Origin: a phage
Strand: one strand, 5' to 3'
DNA: 64,000 bases
Sequence record: PQ724392.1
A model generated the notes under the pieces. It made no database searches and had not been told where the DNA came from. It was given only the letters and a program-made list of their open reading frames with translations. Below, piece after piece: positions 36,401-47,788 of this stretch (its first letter is position 1; each line of letters starts with the position of its first letter). The translations under genes and the position numbers were made by a program.

Positions 36401-38139
36401 TTAATATGTCAGATAGTGTAAGTTGGTTCGTCGGTGTTGTCGAAGACCGAATGGACCCACTTCAACAAGGTCGTGTTCGTGTCCGGGTATGGGGTATGCA
36501 CCCATATGAGAAATCACAAGGGCCTGTAAAAGGTATCAGAACTGAAGACCTGCCATGGATGTCCGTACTGATGCCAACATCATCTGCATCGGTTTCTGGT
36601 ATTCAAACTGCCATGACTGGTATGGTACCAGGGACTCAGGTATATGGTCACTTTTTGGACAAGTGGAAGCTCAATGGATTAGTCCTTGGTACATATGGCT
36701 CAGCATCAAGACAGAAGGCAAACACAACAGAAGGTTTTAGCGACCCCACAGGGCAATATCCGCTTTATGTGGGCAATGATGCTGCTGCGCTTAACCGAGG
36801 CGGTGAGGTCGGTTATGATGACACTTCAAACGTAATACAAGATGCAAACACTGATGTAGGTATTAATCCAGACGGGTTAGATTTAAGCCAAGTTAAGCCT
36901 GATGATAATCCTAATTTCACAATAGAAAACATGCTTCACCGCGATGAAGGTCTTCGTCTGAAAGTATATTGGGACACTGAAGGTTATCCTACTATAGGTA
37001 TAGGACACTTAATTACACCACAACCTATTAGAGATATGAATCAGATAAACAAAATATTATCTAATCAAATAGGCCGTGAAGTTAAAGGTAACCCTGGTGC
37101 AATATCAATGGACGAGGCTTCTAAGTTATTCCAAGAAGACCTTAAAAAAGTCCAAAATGATATAGGTAGACATAGTGTTGTAGGTCCGGTTTACAATAAA
37201 GAAAACCGTTCAAGACAAATGGCTCTTGAAAACATGGCTTTCCAAATGGGATTAGGTGGACTTGCTAAATTCCGTGGAATGCTTAGTGCAATGTTAATAG
37301 GCGATTATAAAAAGGCATTTGAGGAAGCTCGTAATTCAGTATGGTTTAACCAAACTAAAGGGCGTGCATCAAGGGTATCAATGATTATCCTTACTGGTAA
37401 TATGGAATCATATGGTATTATGGCCCCTAAAGAAATGGAATTTAAAGGGCGTTCATATAGGATGATTCAAACCTTTGCGGCCCCTACAAATTCTGACCCG
37501 GCCGACCCGTGGACTCCAGAAGATACGAGGATTCTATTTAAAGAGCCAGAATCAAGTTACAAGGGCGAATATCCTTATGTGCAGACAATGCAAACCGAAG
37601 GCGGACATATTCAGGAATTCGATAACACTCCAGGACAAGAACGTTATCGACTGATTCATCCGACCGGTTCCTATGAGGAAGTTGCACCAGATGGTCGTAA
37701 GACTTCGAAGACGGTAGCCGATGGCTATTATATGACCCAGGGTGATTCAAGCACTTATGTTGGTGGGAATAATAAAGTCAACGTTGGCGGTGACGAAACC
37801 TATTACAATATGGCTAACGTTCGTCGTCAGACCGATGGAAACGAAACCATCCATATTCGTGGTAACGAAGAGAAAACTGTAGAAGGTAATGGAACACTCA
37901 GAGTTAAAGGCAACGTTACTGTTATTGTTGAAGGAAATGCTGATGTTACTGTTAAGGGTGATGCGACTACCTTAGTAGAAGGTAATGAAACTCGCACGAC
38001 TAATGGTAATTTAAACTGGACTGTAAATGGTACCGTATCTTGGACTTGTGCAGGTGCTTGGTCCGAGACTATGGCTTCAATGAGTTCTATTGCATCTGGT
38101 CAATATACTATTGATGGTTCGAGGATTGACATTGGCTAA
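36397..38139 (+). CDS. 5: Baseplate hub subunit and tail lysozyme gp5
   Basis: 580 aa; internal lysozyme domain; C-terminal VxGxxxxx beta-helix repeats. Confidence 0.9.
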   Translation: MINMSDSVSWFVGVVEDRMDPLQQGRVRVRVWGMHPYEKSQGPVKGIRTEDLPWMSVLMPTSSASVSGIQTAMTGMVPGTQVYGHFLDKWKLNGLVLGTYGSASRQKANTTEGFSDPTGQYPLYVGNDAAALNRGGEVGYDDTSNVIQDANTDVGINPDGLDLSQVKPDDNPNFTIENMLHRDEGLRLKVYWDTEGYPTIGIGHLITPQPIRDMNQINKILSNQIGREVKGNPGAISMDEASKLFQEDLKKVQNDIGRHSVVGPVYNKENRSRQMALENMAFQMGLGGLAKFRGMLSAMLIGDYKKAFEEARNSVWFNQTKGRASRVSMIILTGNMESYGIMAPKEMEFKGRSYRMIQTFAAPTNSDPADPWTPEDTRILFKEPESSYKGEYPYVQTMQTEGGHIQEFDNTPGQERYRLIHPTGSYEEVAPDGRKTSKTVADGYYMTQGDSSTYVGGNNKVNVGGDETYYNMANVRRQTDGNETIHIRGNEEKTVEGNGTLRVKGNVTVIVEGNADVTVKGDATTLVEGNETRTTNGNLNWTVNGTVSWTCAGAWSETMASMSSIASGQYTIDGSRIDIG

Positions 38140-38173
38140 TATACTTCCAATGAGCACTGACCTAGGAGACTCC

Positions 38174-38671
38174 ATGGAAGGAGCCTCCATCGATGTTACG
38201 TTTACAGCTCAATTAGAAACAAACGAAACATTAGTCGAAATAAATATAACTGAATATGAGGCCACCCCTGGCGTTAATGTTGAGGGGAATCATCTTTATG
38301 GTGTTTATGAATCCGTGTTCGGATTTGCAGATGATGCACTTAAATATCGGCTTGATGATGAATTCAAAACTGCTGGTTCATGGGAAGACCTTCCTACCGA
38401 TAAGAGTACTCAATTGTATCTCTGGAGGGCCCCATCGAGCCTCCAGAAGGTCTTTTCATACACGGTAACCCTAACCTATGATTTTCAAGAAGAGAGCTCT
38501 GGCGGAGACACAGGGAACTCTGGTGGCAGTAATAGCCGTGCAGTTAATGAGACCGACCCACCTCCTGCTCCAGTAAGAAAGACAATGACAAAAGTTTACA
38601 CAAAAACTATCGTTGGCAACTGGTCAAGATGGGCAGATAAATTGCGTTCATACGTATACGCGAGGGATTAA
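38174..38671 (+). CDS. 5.1: gp5.1-like hypothetical protein
   Basis: ATG 38174 with AGGAG RBS (alternative 38150); position between 5 and 5.4. Confidence 0.5.
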   Translation: MEGASIDVTFTAQLETNETLVEINITEYEATPGVNVEGNHLYGVYESVFGFADDALKYRLDDEFKTAGSWEDLPTDKSTQLYLWRAPSSLQKVFSYTVTLTYDFQEESSGGDTGNSGGSNSRAVNETDPPPAPVRKTMTKVYTKTIVGNWSRWADKLRSYVYARD

Positions 38672-38964
38672 TGGCTGGATTAAGTTTTAATCAATGTGTT
38701 ACAGCAGGCCACGAAGCATGGCCGCCGACTGTAATTAATGCAACTCAAGGTAAAGTATTCACCGGGGGAATTCCAGTATTAGTTGCCGGAGACCCTATTA
38801 CCGAGCATACCGAAATTAAAAAACCATATGAAACCCACGGCGGAGTAACACAACCGCGTACATCAAAGGTATTTGTTACTGGTAAGAAAGCTGTTCAAAT
38901 GGCAGACCCGATTTCATGTGGTGATACTGTGGCTCAAGCCTCATCAAAAGTCTTTATAAAATAG
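38671..38964 (+). CDS. 5.4: PAAR-repeat spike-tip protein gp5.4
   Basis: 97 aa, same size and position as T4 gp5.4. Confidence 0.7.
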   Translation: MAGLSFNQCVTAGHEAWPPTVINATQGKVFTGGIPVLVAGDPITEHTEIKKPYETHGGVTQPRTSKVFVTGKKAVQMADPISCGDTVAQASSKVFIK

Positions 38965-38972
38965 GAAATAAA

Positions 38973-40919
38973 ATGGCTACTCCTACGAATTACCAATTAA
39001 CAAGAACCGTTAACGCTATCCCAAAAGTATTTGTGGGAGCTACGTTTGAAGAAATTAAAAAGAACATCATCGACTGGTTATCAAGCCAGGATGAATTTAA
39101 GGATTATGATTTCGTAGGTTCGCGAATGAATATCCTGATTGACATGCTTGCATATAATACATTGTATATGCAGCAGTTTGCTAATACAGCGGTTTATGAA
39201 TCATTTATCGGAACTGCAAACTTAAGGTCTTCAGTTGTTCAGGCTGCGCAGGATAATGGATATCTTCCATCTTCTCGCTCGGCTGCAAAGACTTCGGTTA
39301 TGTTGACATGTTCTCATGCTCTGCAGCCATCGAATATTGAAATCCCACGAGGAACTAAATTTCTGGCTTATGCTCGTGATACATCAGCTGACCCTTATGT
39401 TTTTGTTACCACGGAAAACGTTATCGCGGTTAAAGATATTAACAACCAATACCTTCCGATTGTATCTCTGGCACAGGGTCGTATTATTCGTACGGAACTT
39501 TTATATGACCCGAAACAACCTATTCTTATCCGCGACCCGGATATTGACCGCAAAGAAGTTAAGTTATATGTGAATGGTGTTGAGTGGGATGACTGGACGA
39601 ACAAATCAATGGTTCACGCTGGTTCGACTTCCACCATATTTTATATGCGTGAAACAATCGATGGCTATACCGAATTTTTCTTCGGTGAAGGCGAATCCAC
39701 CAAATCTGTGGCCGGTGGCGTTATGGAAGCCAACTATATTGGCGGTCTTAAACCTGTGCAAGATTCAACAATTGTTATTGAGTATCTTCGTACTTCCGGG
39801 GCAGATGCAAACGGCGCTGTCGATTTCAGTTATGCTGATACGTTGTCTTATATCACAGTGGATAAGATTACTGAAAACTACAATAATGACCCTGATTATG
39901 TCGGTGCTGATGGTGGTGGTGACCCAGAAGATATCGAACGTATCCGTGAACTGGCTGTTGTTAAACGTGAAGCGCAGATGCGTGCTGTCACCGGAACAGA
40001 TTATGATACCTTCGTATCCGAAAGATTTGGGTCAATTGTACAAGCCGTACAGACGTTTACAGACGCTAATAAACCTGGATATGCGTTTATATCAGTTAAG
40101 CCTAAATCGGGCTTGTATCTCACTGCAGTGCAGCGTGAGGACATCCAGAACTACCTTAGCGAGTTCAACGTATCAACAATTACACCATCGGTAATTTCTC
40201 CGGATTATTTGTTCCTTAAACATAATATCAAAGTGTCTTATGCGCTGAACAAATTGCAAGAATCTGAACAATGGTTGCAAGCACAAATCATTAATCAGAT
40301 TGACCGTTATTATATTGATGAAGTTGAAATCTTTAACAGAAGTTTTGCTAAGTCAAAAATGCTTACATACGTGGATAATACCGACCATAGTATTCTTGGT
40401 TCGTCTGCAACCATTTCGATGGTGCGTGAGGTCCTGAACTTCTTTAAGACTCCAGAATCCGGCATTAAATACTATAACCAGTATGGCAACCGTTCAGTCG
40501 AATCAAGCGAATTTGAATTTGTTCCGACTACAGGTGAAGCCTATAACGTTCGCATTGTTGCAACTGATAAAGATTCTCGTGGTGATGGCAAAATGGTAAT
40601 TGGTCCATTCCGTCCGGGTGATGTTATCGAAAACGTAAACATCCAGCCTTACCTACAAGATGACTTTAATAAAATGGAAGCTCCGGCTGACCAAACAGTT
40701 TATTACGCAATTGGCGAAATTGACTATTACTCTGACTATATTTTTTGGGATATCGCCGCGATTGGATTGACATCCGAGCGCTTTGAAGTTCAATCAATCG
40801 AACTTTATGCAAGTCCCAACCAAGATAATATATACACGCAAGATGGTTCACTGATTGTATTTGAGAATGACCTTCGTCCGCAATATACAAAGATTGACCT
40901 TGAACCGATTACACTATAA
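38973..40919 (+). CDS. 6: Baseplate wedge protein gp6
   Basis: 648 aa; T4 gene order and size. Confidence 0.9.
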   Translation: MATPTNYQLTRTVNAIPKVFVGATFEEIKKNIIDWLSSQDEFKDYDFVGSRMNILIDMLAYNTLYMQQFANTAVYESFIGTANLRSSVVQAAQDNGYLPSSRSAAKTSVMLTCSHALQPSNIEIPRGTKFLAYARDTSADPYVFVTTENVIAVKDINNQYLPIVSLAQGRIIRTELLYDPKQPILIRDPDIDRKEVKLYVNGVEWDDWTNKSMVHAGSTSTIFYMRETIDGYTEFFFGEGESTKSVAGGVMEANYIGGLKPVQDSTIVIEYLRTSGADANGAVDFSYADTLSYITVDKITENYNNDPDYVGADGGGDPEDIERIRELAVVKREAQMRAVTGTDYDTFVSERFGSIVQAVQTFTDANKPGYAFISVKPKSGLYLTAVQREDIQNYLSEFNVSTITPSVISPDYLFLKHNIKVSYALNKLQESEQWLQAQIINQIDRYYIDEVEIFNRSFAKSKMLTYVDNTDHSILGSSATISMVREVLNFFKTPESGIKYYNQYGNRSVESSEFEFVPTTGEAYNVRIVATDKDSRGDGKMVIGPFRPGDVIENVNIQPYLQDDFNKMEAPADQTVYYAIGEIDYYSDYIFWDIAAIGLTSERFEVQSIELYASPNQDNIYTQDGSLIVFENDLRPQYTKIDLEPITL

Positions 40920-40938
40920 GCCTCTTCGGAGGCTTTTT
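40920..40938 (+). terminator. intercistronic hairpin terminator (GCCTC-TTCG-GAGGC, T5)
   Basis: immediately after gene 6 stop. Confidence 0.5.
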
Positions 40939-40947
40939 AAGGAAACC

Positions 40948-43900
40948 ATGATGAGTGTTAAAGCCCCTTATGTAACCAGCTTACGGATTGATAAACTATC
41001 TGCTAACCAGGTTAGCATAAAATGGGATAATGTTGGCGCCAACTTTTATTATTTTGTTGAGATTGCTACGACAAAAGAAAATGGTGTTGCTATTCCAGAA
41101 GAAAATCTGTTATGGAGGAATTTAGGTTATACTCCAGACAATGAATGGTTCGAACAAGATTTTATTCGTCCAGTATCATTTTACAAAATGCGTGTTGCTG
41201 TTGCAGCAATGGGTTTTGAACAATCTGATTGGGTTTATACCGAAGAATTTGAAACCTTTGCAACTAACGCATACACATTTGAGCACATGCGTGAATTTAC
41301 ATTAACAAATAAATTCATCGAAGAAAAATTTACAAACAATAACCAGGCTTATATCAACTTTAATAATGATGCAATTATGGCATCGCTGATGTCTGAAGAT
41401 TTTAGCTTTACTCCTGCTTATTCTCATTTGTCTTCAATTTCAAACTATGTATTAAAAGAAGACCAATATCACGAAATTCAGGGTAGTATTCAGCCGGTGT
41501 GTAATGATGTTAATCGTACAATGATTGCTGAACTTGGTGGTGTACTGTATTTGTTTGAACGATTCCAGACAACTGTCAAAGTCTCCAATGATAAAGGGCA
41601 GAACTGGTATTATGTAAAATTGTTTAATGACCGTATCGGTAACCCAGTATCGCGCACAATTTATTATCAATCAGATACAACAACTTATGTACTCGGGTAT
41701 GACCGAATTTTTTACGGTCGCAAATCAAGTGACATAAGATGGTCTGCTGATGATGTTCGATTCAGTTCTCAGGACATAACATTTGCAAAAATTGGTTCGG
41801 ATATCAATCTTGGATTTGATATTGAAATATTTGGCACATACGCAAGACTTCCTGCTTATATCTCGACAATTGCCGAAGCAATCACTACGACCGATTCCAT
41901 GATTTACGTTGCTGGGCGCGACCGCGTGTACAAAGCTAAATCTTCTGATGCTCCAATTGATAACGACCCCAACTCCCCAACATTCGGTGAAAAATTATTT
42001 GAAGCTGGATATAGCACAATAAGTGGTAACCCAAAAGCTGTTTGTTATAAGATGGATGCAATTGATGGTGAAGTATTTGCATTAATCACGGGGGAAGTAA
42101 AAGAAGAGCGACAAGACCCGACTAAACCTGAAAACGTTGTCGATTCGTTATCTAAGGGCGTTTATAAATTAAATGCTGACACCGATACATGGACACGAGT
42201 TTTTGGTAACACAGAGGATGAACGTCGACGTATTGAACATGGTTACACAAGCATGTCAACCGACGGAATTGAACTTTTTATCAGTTCAAGTAACTTCCGT
42301 TATTCCGTAGAGCCGGATACTGAACTCCCTGCTAAGTATCCTGAAGAAGTTAACGAAGCAGTCAAATATGTGTATGACGAACAATGGATACATGACAAGC
42401 ATTATTTGATGATGAGTTTTAGGTCGAATAAAGATTCAGGTTGGGAAGAGTTTAAACCTGGCCGTATGTCATATTACGCTGAACCGTTCTTTAACTGGTC
42501 TCGTCGTGATGATACTCGTTGTTGGATTACTACGTCAGACAGAGCTCTGGTTGTATATAATGACATGCTATATCAAAAGATTATCGATACCTTTGGTGGT
42601 TCATCCCCTGAACGTATTGTACACGAATACTGGAATAAAGGTCAAGTAAAAGTTACTTCTCCTAACATCGAATTCAATGGCTTTAAAAAATACGCCTCGG
42701 GTATTATGTTACACAAAAATACTGGAGAGCTTATTGGTTATTTTGAATTTGACTATCGTAAACGTGATGAAGTTAGATTAATCTGGAAACCGAAAGAAGT
42801 TATGTTCACTGCAGAATTACAGAACCAGGAACATGATATTCCATGGACCCCAGATAATGACGAACAAGAGAAAGACCCAGACTTGCGTCCTCTTTTAACA
42901 AAGATGGTTCCGGATAGTTATTTGCTCCAGGATAGCAACTTCGAAAAATTCTGTGAATATTATTTGCAGTTTATCAGTGATGGCTCTGGTACCTATTATA
43001 ACAACCTTTTGAACTTGATTCGCAACCAGTACCCGCGCGAGGAAGATGCATGGGAATACCTTTGGAGCGAAATGTACAAAAGAAACATATATTTGTCAAA
43101 GACCAAGCGCGACGAAGTAGTTCGTTTCTTTGAAGCAAGACAGTCTGATTTTTGGGCAACTAAGGGGACTGAAGCATCCTATAAATTTTTGTTCAAATTG
43201 TTATATAATGAAGACGTTGAAATCGATATTGAATCCAAGAACGGAACCGAGTATGACATAATCGTCGAATCTGATAACATCAGCGAAGATATTGTTGGAC
43301 AAACAATTTACACACCAACTGGTCGCAGTAACGTTACCTATATGGAACGTGACTACAAACAGGGTAAATTGAGATGGCGTATCACGATTCATAACTTACT
43401 TGGTCGCTTTATTGTTGGGCAAGAAATTAAATCCGAAAGGACTTCCTTTGAAGGCATGATTGTTCAGGGTGTTCGTGGGAAAGAATTACTTAGCAACAAC
43501 ATCGATTATATCAACCGAAATCGTTCTTACTATGTAATGACCATTAAATCAAGTCTCCCAACATCTCGTTATCGTAATGACGTATTGCGATTTGTTCATC
43601 CGGTTGGATTTGGATTCGTTGGAATTACATTATTGACAATGTTTGTTAATGCAGGTCTGTCATTAAAACATACAGAAACCATTATCAATAAACTGAACAA
43701 CTATCGTTGGTCGTCAGGTATTCCGTCAGAATGGTGCGACCGTATCGCAGTTATTGGGGCCGATGGAAACATTGAGCATAGTCCTGTTACAGGTGAAGCA
43801 GTATATAATATTGCTCCTAATGCAGGTTTACCATTCCCATTACCAGCAGATTATGATGCCGAAAACGATTTTTCGGATTTTCATGGGACTCTCCCGTCTG

Positions 43901-44046
43901 AACGTCGTAAAAAATACAGTCCATTGTTTGACCAGTCTGCCGTGACTTTTGCTAACTGGCGCAATTTGGTTAATCAACGTCTTAAGGATGATATTGGTAA
44001 TCCACGCGACCCGAAAGAACCCACACAGGTAAAGGTAAATGAATAA
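40948..44046 (+). CDS. 7: Baseplate wedge protein gp7
   Basis: 1032 aa from ATG 40948 (AAGGAAACC RBS). Confidence 0.9.
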   Translation: MMSVKAPYVTSLRIDKLSANQVSIKWDNVGANFYYFVEIATTKENGVAIPEENLLWRNLGYTPDNEWFEQDFIRPVSFYKMRVAVAAMGFEQSDWVYTEEFETFATNAYTFEHMREFTLTNKFIEEKFTNNNQAYINFNNDAIMASLMSEDFSFTPAYSHLSSISNYVLKEDQYHEIQGSIQPVCNDVNRTMIAELGGVLYLFERFQTTVKVSNDKGQNWYYVKLFNDRIGNPVSRTIYYQSDTTTYVLGYDRIFYGRKSSDIRWSADDVRFSSQDITFAKIGSDINLGFDIEIFGTYARLPAYISTIAEAITTTDSMIYVAGRDRVYKAKSSDAPIDNDPNSPTFGEKLFEAGYSTISGNPKAVCYKMDAIDGEVFALITGEVKEERQDPTKPENVVDSLSKGVYKLNADTDTWTRVFGNTEDERRRIEHGYTSMSTDGIELFISSSNFRYSVEPDTELPAKYPEEVNEAVKYVYDEQWIHDKHYLMMSFRSNKDSGWEEFKPGRMSYYAEPFFNWSRRDDTRCWITTSDRALVVYNDMLYQKIIDTFGGSSPERIVHEYWNKGQVKVTSPNIEFNGFKKYASGIMLHKNTGELIGYFEFDYRKRDEVRLIWKPKEVMFTAELQNQEHDIPWTPDNDEQEKDPDLRPLLTKMVPDSYLLQDSNFEKFCEYYLQFISDGSGTYYNNLLNLIRNQYPREEDAWEYLWSEMYKRNIYLSKTKRDEVVRFFEARQSDFWATKGTEASYKFLFKLLYNEDVEIDIESKNGTEYDIIVESDNISEDIVGQTIYTPTGRSNVTYMERDYKQGKLRWRITIHNLLGRFIVGQEIKSERTSFEGMIVQGVRGKELLSNNIDYINRNRSYYVMTIKSSLPTSRYRNDVLRFVHPVGFGFVGITLLTMFVNAGLSLKHTETIINKLNNYRWSSGIPSEWCDRIAVIGADGNIEHSPVTGEAVYNIAPNAGLPFPLPADYDAENDFSDFHGTLPSERRKKYSPLFDQSAVTFANWRNLVNQRLKDDIGNPRDPKEPTQVKVNE

Positions 44047-45043
44047 TTCATCTGTAGTTTATCGTTCGATAATTACCTCGAAATTTCGAACTGAAAAAAT
44101 GTATAACTTTTATAAAATGATTGGTAACGAGCCCGACCAGAATACGATGTATGTAACATTCGGTCGTGCTGAACCCTGGGCTTCGAATGAGAATGACCCG
44201 GGGTTCGCCCCTCCTTATCCGGTTGATACAGCACAAGGTGTTGAAGATACTTGGACCAATATGATGGGGGCAGTCAAAGTTTATAAATCAATGCTTGATT
44301 GTGTTGTCCCACGTAAAGACTGGGGCGATATCAGATATCCTAATCCGCTTAACTTCCAGGTAGGGGAAATTGTTGTAGCTAACAGTGCTCCATATAACCG
44401 AACTGATGTTGGTAAAGGTTGGATGGTTTATCGTTGTGTAGATGTTCCTGATGTTGGGACTTGCTCCATTTATTCCATTATCAATAAAGAAGAGTGCTTA
44501 AAACTCGGTGGTAAATGGACGGCAGAATATAACTCGACGAGAGCTCCGGCAGGGACTGGCGACACTGAAGGACGAGTTGATATGGGCGATGGTTATCTAT
44601 GGGAATATTTGTATGAGATTCCGCCTGATGTATCCATCAACCGTTGTACTAACGAATATATTGTTGTTCCATGGCCTGAAGAAATCGAAGAAGACCCGTC
44701 ACGTTGGGGTTACAAAGACAATATCAGCTGGCAACAAGATGATTTCGGTTTAATATATAGAATCAAAGGATATACAATCAGATTTAAAGCATTTATGGAT
44801 TCCATTTACTTCCCAGAATTCAGTCTCCCGGGAAACAAAGGCTTCCGACAGCTGTCGATTATATCCAACCCACTTGAAGTTAAAGTACATCCTAATGACC
44901 CAAATATCAAAGCAATCAAAGAATACTACGATGCAATTGATTTGGACCGTCATTCTGGGGAAATGATTTATATGGAAAACCGCCCACCAATTATTCGTGC
45001 AATGGACCAGACAGAAGAAGTTAACATTATTTTTGAATTCTAA
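44039..45043 (+). CDS. 8: Baseplate wedge protein gp8
   Basis: 334 aa, identical length to T4 gp8. Confidence 0.85.
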   Translation: MNNSSVVYRSIITSKFRTEKMYNFYKMIGNEPDQNTMYVTFGRAEPWASNENDPGFAPPYPVDTAQGVEDTWTNMMGAVKVYKSMLDCVVPRKDWGDIRYPNPLNFQVGEIVVANSAPYNRTDVGKGWMVYRCVDVPDVGTCSIYSIINKEECLKLGGKWTAEYNSTRAPAGTGDTEGRVDMGDGYLWEYLYEIPPDVSINRCTNEYIVVPWPEEIEEDPSRWGYKDNISWQQDDFGLIYRIKGYTIRFKAFMDSIYFPEFSLPGNKGFRQLSIISNPLEVKVHPNDPNIKAIKEYYDAIDLDRHSGEMIYMENRPPIIRAMDQTEEVNIIFEF

Positions 45044-45046
45044 CTA

Positions 45047-45068
45047 GGGACCTTCGGGTCCCTTTTTT
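45047..45068 (+). terminator. rho-independent terminator (GGGACC-TTCG-GGTCCC, T6)
   Basis: between gene 8 stop and gene 9 late promoter. Confidence 0.6.
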
Positions 45069-45072
45069 ATTC

Positions 45073-45080
45073 TATAAATA
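45073..45080 (+). promoter_or_regulatory. late promoter TATAAATA for gene 9
   Basis: exact 8-mer about 28 nt upstream of ATG. Confidence 0.6.
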
Positions 45081-45107
45081 TAGCTATATCAATAACGAGG
45101 CTTACCT

Positions 45108-45977
45108 ATGATTAATCAAACCCCAAAATTATTAGTAGACATCGGCGAGATTGGTAACGCCAGCACCGGTGATATTCTATATGAAGGCGGTCGTAAACTG
45201 AACGTGGATTTAGACAGTTTGTATAATACATTTGGCGACCAGCGTCTGTACTCTGTGAACAATGGAGAAAACACCCAGGTCCTTCATGCGACTGGGTACT
45301 ATCAAAAAGCTACAAATATCATCGAATGGAACTCAACTGTTGCTCTCGGTTCTATGCGTGATGTCAATACTGCCGAAGGTGTTATCACTGCAAGAATTGC
45401 AAAAGGTAAAGCAGGTGAAGGTGTTATCTTTATTAACTCCAATGGTTCATTATCTACCTCGATGCCTCTGGAAGTTGAACTACAAGGCACGGATTCATTC
45501 CTGACCGCTGCAACGAACAAAATGAAATTTACTCAGCCTTATACAAAAATTACATTGTGGTGTATTGACGATGCTAACGGCGTAGGGACCTGGGACTACA
45601 AAATTGAAAGTATGTTTGGTAACCAATCTGTATTGCTCGACAAAACATACAATATGAGCTCGGTTGTTCGTGATATTCCAATCGCTTACCGCGCAGATTA
45701 TAAAACTATCAAATTGATGCTTACGGCTATTTCAACAGACGAAACTAAATACAAAGCATCAGAAATGTTACTTTACATCGACCTTAAGGACCGCAAGGTA
45801 TATAGCACAGAATACGCTGTAATCAGACGTGGACAAGCTAACGACGATGATGAGATATATGCTATCGATTTTAGAATTGATAACCAGGATATCATACAGG
45901 CGGCTATAAGCTCACCCACTGCCATGAAGCTCGCTATTAAAGTAATTTCCGCCCAAACAATCGGAGTACCGGTATAA
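45108..45977 (+). CDS. 9: Baseplate wedge / long tail fibre connector gp9
   Basis: 289 aa, position and size. Confidence 0.85.
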   Translation: MINQTPKLLVDIGEIGNASTGDILYEGGRKLNVDLDSLYNTFGDQRLYSVNNGENTQVLHATGYYQKATNIIEWNSTVALGSMRDVNTAEGVITARIAKGKAGEGVIFINSNGSLSTSMPLEVELQGTDSFLTAATNKMKFTQPYTKITLWCIDDANGVGTWDYKIESMFGNQSVLLDKTYNMSSVVRDIPIAYRADYKTIKLMLTAISTDETKYKASEMLLYIDLKDRKVYSTEYAVIRRGQANDDDEIYAIDFRIDNQDIIQAAISSPTAMKLAIKVISAQTIGVPV

Positions 45978-47788
45978 TGAAACAGAATTTAAAAATTGGC
46001 AATATGGTTGATGATGGTACTGGTGATTACCTTCGTCTCGGCGGTCAAAAAATAAATAATAACTTTGATGACCTTTATTATCAGCTAGGGGACGGTGAAA
46101 ATCCCCATGCAGCTGGTGCATGGAAAACTTGGACTACGCAAGAAGGCACCGAGTTGTCCGCTGTTATGGGTCGAAGCTATACCATCGATACATCAGCCGG
46201 TGCAGTTCGAGTTATCCTTCCAAAAGGAACAACTCAAGAATACAATTATGTAATTCGCTTGCGTGATGTGTTTGCTACCTGGCAAATCAACCCGGTGACA
46301 ATTGTTCCTGCAGTTGGGGATACGATTAAAGGCTCACCGAATCCAGTAGAAATTAAACGCAACTTAGCCGACCTTGAACTTGTATATTGTTCACCCGGTC
46401 GTTGGGAATATATCGATAATAAACAAGTCGATAAAATTTCAAATAACGACGTTGCCACAGTTGCATCCCAACAGTTTATTGCCACCGAAGGACAAACTGA
46501 CTTTATCAATGTGTTTGGTGCTATTCCATATAGCGTATCGAACTTAGAAGTCAAACATCGTGGTAACGACCTGTTTTATGGTAAAGATGATATTTTCGAC
46601 CCGGTGAATGCTGAATTTGGTTCCCCTGGTGCAAACCCTGGTGAAATCGTTGCGCTTGATGGTAAAAGCATCCGTCTGAAAATGCCATGTGCTGAAGGTG
46701 ATACTGTTATCATCCGAACATTTAATGATGGTATTGCTCAATGGCGTAGTTCGTATAATCGTCGTGATATACTTGTTCGTAGTCAAGACAGGACCAAAGA
46801 AACAACAATTAATGGTTCTTTGATTGTTACAGATTTGACAACCAAACACACCTTTACAATTGAAGAACTTGGTATTTCTCCGGGTAGCCCAATTAACCCA
46901 AACGCATGTCAGGTATTCATTAACAGTATTTTGCAACATCAAGCTGGTACTGCGGGAACTCCAGTATTTTATTGTGAAGGTGCACAAGGTTCTACTGCTG
47001 CAGAATGTAGTGCAAATGGTGGTAGCTGGTCTGAATCAAACCAGGATTATTTGCTGCAATTTGATGATGATAACCGTATCGAAGGCATTAGCATTTACCG
47101 TGAATTTGAAGACGGTGATATTCTGTCAGTCATTTGGTACAATAACGATATCGGCACAACTATGACCATGGATGAAATCCGTGATGAGACTGATACTCTT
47201 TATGTTTCTCAGGGAAATACGTTGAGCCTAACCGGTCGTGTGCGTATTACAGATTTTGATAATCCGTTTGCACCAAACGTTGAACCAGTCGGTCTTCAGG
47301 AAGTTGTTCCATCTTCTGTTGGCGCTATCTTTGAATTATTCTATCCGGTCGGTACAATTTACGAAAATACGGTTAACCCAAATAACCCGGTTACTTATAT
47401 GGGATTTGGTTCATGGAAACGTTTGAAAGAACGTGTAATTGTTGCCTGGTCAGACGACCCTGCCTCAAACTTCCATACAAACAATAATGACCTGGATTCT
47501 GGTGGTAACCCACAAGCGACAGCAGGTGGTACAGGTGGTAGCGTTGAAGTTCATATTAAAGATATAAACGTACCTAAACTTGAAACTGATGAGAAGGTTT
47601 TAGTTGTTGATGATAATGGTCCGATTGTTGTCGGTGGTTGTCAGGTAGACCCAGATGCACAAGGTCCAGCCTATACCAAATACAGAGAAGACAAAGCCAC
47701 CATTAATCAGGCGCAAGACCCTCAAGCTCAACCGGTTTATACAATGCCTCCATATTTGATTGCTCATCGCTGGGTAAGGATTGCTTAA
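45977..47788 (+). CDS. 10: Baseplate wedge and tail pin gp10
   Basis: 603 aa, position and size. Confidence 0.85.
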   Translation: MKQNLKIGNMVDDGTGDYLRLGGQKINNNFDDLYYQLGDGENPHAAGAWKTWTTQEGTELSAVMGRSYTIDTSAGAVRVILPKGTTQEYNYVIRLRDVFATWQINPVTIVPAVGDTIKGSPNPVEIKRNLADLELVYCSPGRWEYIDNKQVDKISNNDVATVASQQFIATEGQTDFINVFGAIPYSVSNLEVKHRGNDLFYGKDDIFDPVNAEFGSPGANPGEIVALDGKSIRLKMPCAEGDTVIIRTFNDGIAQWRSSYNRRDILVRSQDRTKETTINGSLIVTDLTTKHTFTIEELGISPGSPINPNACQVFINSILQHQAGTAGTPVFYCEGAQGSTAAECSANGGSWSESNQDYLLQFDDDNRIEGISIYREFEDGDILSVIWYNNDIGTTMTMDEIRDETDTLYVSQGNTLSLTGRVRITDFDNPFAPNVEPVGLQEVVPSSVGAIFELFYPVGTIYENTVNPNNPVTYMGFGSWKRLKERVIVAWSDDPASNFHTNNNDLDSGGNPQATAGGTGGSVEVHIKDINVPKLETDEKVLVVDDNGPIVVGGCQVDPDAQGPAYTKYREDKATINQAQDPQAQPVYTMPPYLIAHRWVRIA